From Leptospiraceae bacterium (GTDB taxonomy: Bacteria > Spirochaetota > Leptospiria > Leptospirales > Leptonemataceae), in contig JAVJNR010000008.1 of NCBI GenBank assembly GCA_040217195.1, positions 192,001 through 256,000 of the forward strand: a stretch of 64,000 nucleotides of DNA, in the 5' to 3' direction. Position numbers and translations under genes: made by a program. How positions within the stretch are numbered: the first letter of the stretch is position 1; each line of letters starts with the position of its first letter. Below the pieces are notes generated by a model, which made no database searches, was not told the DNA's origin, and worked only from the letters and a program-made list of their open reading frames with translations. Of the stretch, positions 61,877 through 64,000 are shown in pieces.

Positions 61877-63660
61877 ACCGGTAGTCCCTCTCTGCGAAGT
61901 ATTGTCAAAGCGGTTGTGCCTTCCACAGAACCTGGATGTAATTTGAAGTCGAATTGAAGTCCTTCTCCAGGACTCTCTCTGAAGTGAAATAGTTGAACCT
62001 TCTGGCCGTAATTCTCTTTCAATGATGTTAATTCCATATCGTGGGTGGTAAGCAGCCCGGAGGAGCCCGAGTCTATGAGATGGGATAGAATTTTCTTACA
62101 TGCAAAGCTACGATCTGTTTGATTGGTTCCTTTGAGCATTTCATCCAGAAAGTAAAAAACCGGGGAGGGATGATCCACAAGTCGCTTCAAGGACCGAACC
62201 TCGGCATAGAAGAGAGATTCCGAACGGGCCAGATTATCCTGAATCTGCATGGATGTAACCATGGGTGTGGGACAGAACTTGAACTGCCGGGCTCGAACAG
62301 CGCCTCCCATTTGTGCCAATACCAGGTTCATACCCAGAGTCCTCAAGAAGGTGGATTTCCCACCCATGTTGGATCCAGTAACAATCCATAGTCTATGCTC
62401 TTTTCTAAAATCCAGGTCGTTGCCTACAGATTCTTCTGCTGGAATCAAAGGGTGATGTAATTGAAGTGCAAACACCTCAGGTTCATTCCCTGAAACGATT
62501 TCAGGTCTGCACATGGGCTCCAGGAATCGGCTGTGGCCGGCCAAAGACAGCATAGCATCCATAGCAGCAAAATCCTGCAACCAGCCTCTGATCTTAGCTT
62601 CATTCTTTTTCAGGAAACCACCCATGGACCAATCGGCCAGGACTGGTCCGGAGAAGAGTAAACCACCCAGTGCAAAGGCCAGGGGATTGCGAAATAGTGA
62701 ATAAAAGCTATCCTGAACGATGGCTCCACGCAATTCCTGCCGCAGGTTCTTTGTAAGCTCCTGCTCCCTGTGTAGATGGCTGTCATGAAAACGAAATCCC
62801 TGCAGGCAGCGCAGAAACGGAAGAGTTTGATCCAGCGAAGATAGAAGTTCATCGAATCTCTGTCTGGCTTCCTTATTGCGATAAAACAATAGATAGATAC
62901 CGAATAAAAGCCATTGTAAAGGAAAACTGAGAAAATGGTAGGCTTTGGTGCCCAGAATCTCATGCGAAAAGAATGCCCCCAGGGAAATCAAAGCGAGGGT
63001 GCCTGCAACAGCAGCAAGCCAGGCCGGAACCGTTCGGAATGCATGTTTCGTTTCCTTCTCCAAGGATCTGTCATCCCTTTCTGAGGATTGCTTTACTGGC
63101 TGGGCTCGATTCTGGCCGTACCATCGACCCTGCAGTACTTTCAGACGGCGCAGGGAAAAGATTCGGTTCTGTCGATCCTGAATCGTGCTGGCATCCGGTT
63201 GCTTAAGTGCATCTCTCATCCAGGCGTATAATGTATCTTCTCCGGCCGGCAGCCTGGTTTCTAGATAGCTTAGAAGAGAATAGGAGCCGGTTAGCAACAG
63301 ATCCTTTTCGATCTGCAACTCTTCTATGTCTTTTGAATCGGCTCTTTGAGATTCCGCACCCTTATGAAGAAACCAGGCATTGCTGCTCCGATCCTGCTGC
63401 CCCCTGTAGTATTCAAGTCGGTTGATGCAGGAATTCTCCTTCCGGCGGATGCCAGAATACCACCGAACCAGAAATCCAAAGACAAGCCAGCCAGGGAGCG
63501 ATGGCAATAAATGGACTTCGCCCGGTGACCAGGCAAAAATGATGGCAAGGGTTAGAAAAAAGGTGGCCGCTCTTAGCAGCGAAATCAGGCGAAGCCTTCT
63601 CTGGATTTTTTTTTGATAGTCCGTCAACCGACGGATCGCTTTCTGGATGCACACAGACAC
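61873..63660 (-). CDS. Membrane-anchored MutS domain V ATPase
   Basis: TM helices; [33 protein letters not shown]. Confidence 0.88.
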   Translation of the reverse strand: MSVCIQKAIRRLTDYQKKIQRRLRLISLLRAATFFLTLAIIFAWSPGEVHLLPSLPGWLVFGFLVRWYSGIRRKENSCINRLEYYRGQQDRSSNAWFLHKGAESQRADSKDIEELQIEKDLLLTGSYSLLSYLETRLPAGEDTLYAWMRDALKQPDASTIQDRQNRIFSLRRLKVLQGRWYGQNRAQPVKQSSERDDRSLEKETKHAFRTVPAWLAAVAGTLALISLGAFFSHEILGTKAYHFLSFPLQWLLFGIYLLFYRNKEARQRFDELLSSLDQTLPFLRCLQGFRFHDSHLHREQELTKNLRQELRGAIVQDSFYSLFRNPLAFALGGLLFSGPVLADWSMGGFLKKNEAKIRGWLQDFAAMDAMLSLAGHSRFLEPMCRPEIVSGNEPEVFALQLHHPLIPAEESVGNDLDFRKEHRLWIVTGSNMGGKSTFLRTLGMNLVLAQMGGAVRARQFKFCPTPMVTSMQIQDNLARSESLFYAEVRSLKRLVDHPSPVFYFLDEMLKGTNQTDRSFACKKILSHLIDSGSSGLLTTHDMELTSLKENYGQKVQLFHFRESPGEGLQFDFKLHPGSVEGTTALTILRREGLPV

Positions 63661-63704
63661 GTCACCAGAGAGCGTTGCACATCTCTGTAGTCCATCGAAA
63701 ACAA

Positions 63705-64000
63705 ATGCTCATCCAGGTAGAACATCTCAATAAATCCTTTGTATCCAGAAAACGGAAGGCAGGCCTGCTGGGTTCCGTGGCAAGCCTCTTCTCCGCCAAA
63801 AAGGAGTTTATCCACGCAGTAAAGGATATCAATTTCAATATTGGTCGGGGAGAGCTGGTAGGCTATTTAGGGCCCAATGGTGCCGGTAAGTCTACGACCA
63901 TTAAAATGCTCACCGGCATACTCAGACCTTCCAGCGGATTAATTCGCATCGACGGTCTGAATCCAGAGAAGAGTCGCAAGGAAATTGCCAGAAAACTTGG
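63705..64000 (+). CDS. ABC transporter ATP-binding protein (partial)
   Basis: [12 protein letters not shown]...[19 protein letters not shown]alker A; truncated by the window edge. Confidence 0.9.
   Translation, partial: MLIQVEHLNKSFVSRKRKAGLLGSVASLFSAKKEFIHAVKDINFNIGRGELVGYLGPNGAGKSTTIKMLTGILRPSSGLIRIDGLNPEKSRKEIARKL

Overview
A gene-dense chromosomal window, most likely from a Leptospiraceae spirochete. This is inferred from TRL-like lipoproteins, Leptospira-style adenylate cyclases and the dapA-dapB-cdaA-cdaR-acpS order. It holds mostly housekeeping and metabolic genes (fused otsAB, mltG, 5-oxoprolinase, mqnC, leuCD, folD, cysS, pdxA, dapAB, cdaA/cdaR, acpS, ppx) plus signalling and surface-lipoprotein genes. 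I found no rRNA, tRNA, CRISPR array or transposase. The most notable signals are: (1) a ~470 bp array of ~105 bp covarying hairpin units upstream of a secreted SGNH hydrolase, which on the mRNA strand shows ACAGGA(U/A)GU stem-loops resembling CsrA/RsmA sites; (2) a Cache-HAMP receptor whose histidine-kinase and adenylate-cyclase modules both look catalytically dead; (3) a sigma-54 promoter ahead of a TPP-enzyme/SDR operon, divergent from an enhancer-binding protein; (4) a DUF429-MTH1-like Nudix fusion; and (5) several tandem paralogous Cys-containing lipoprotein sets. All family assignments come from motifs recognised by eye, with no database search.
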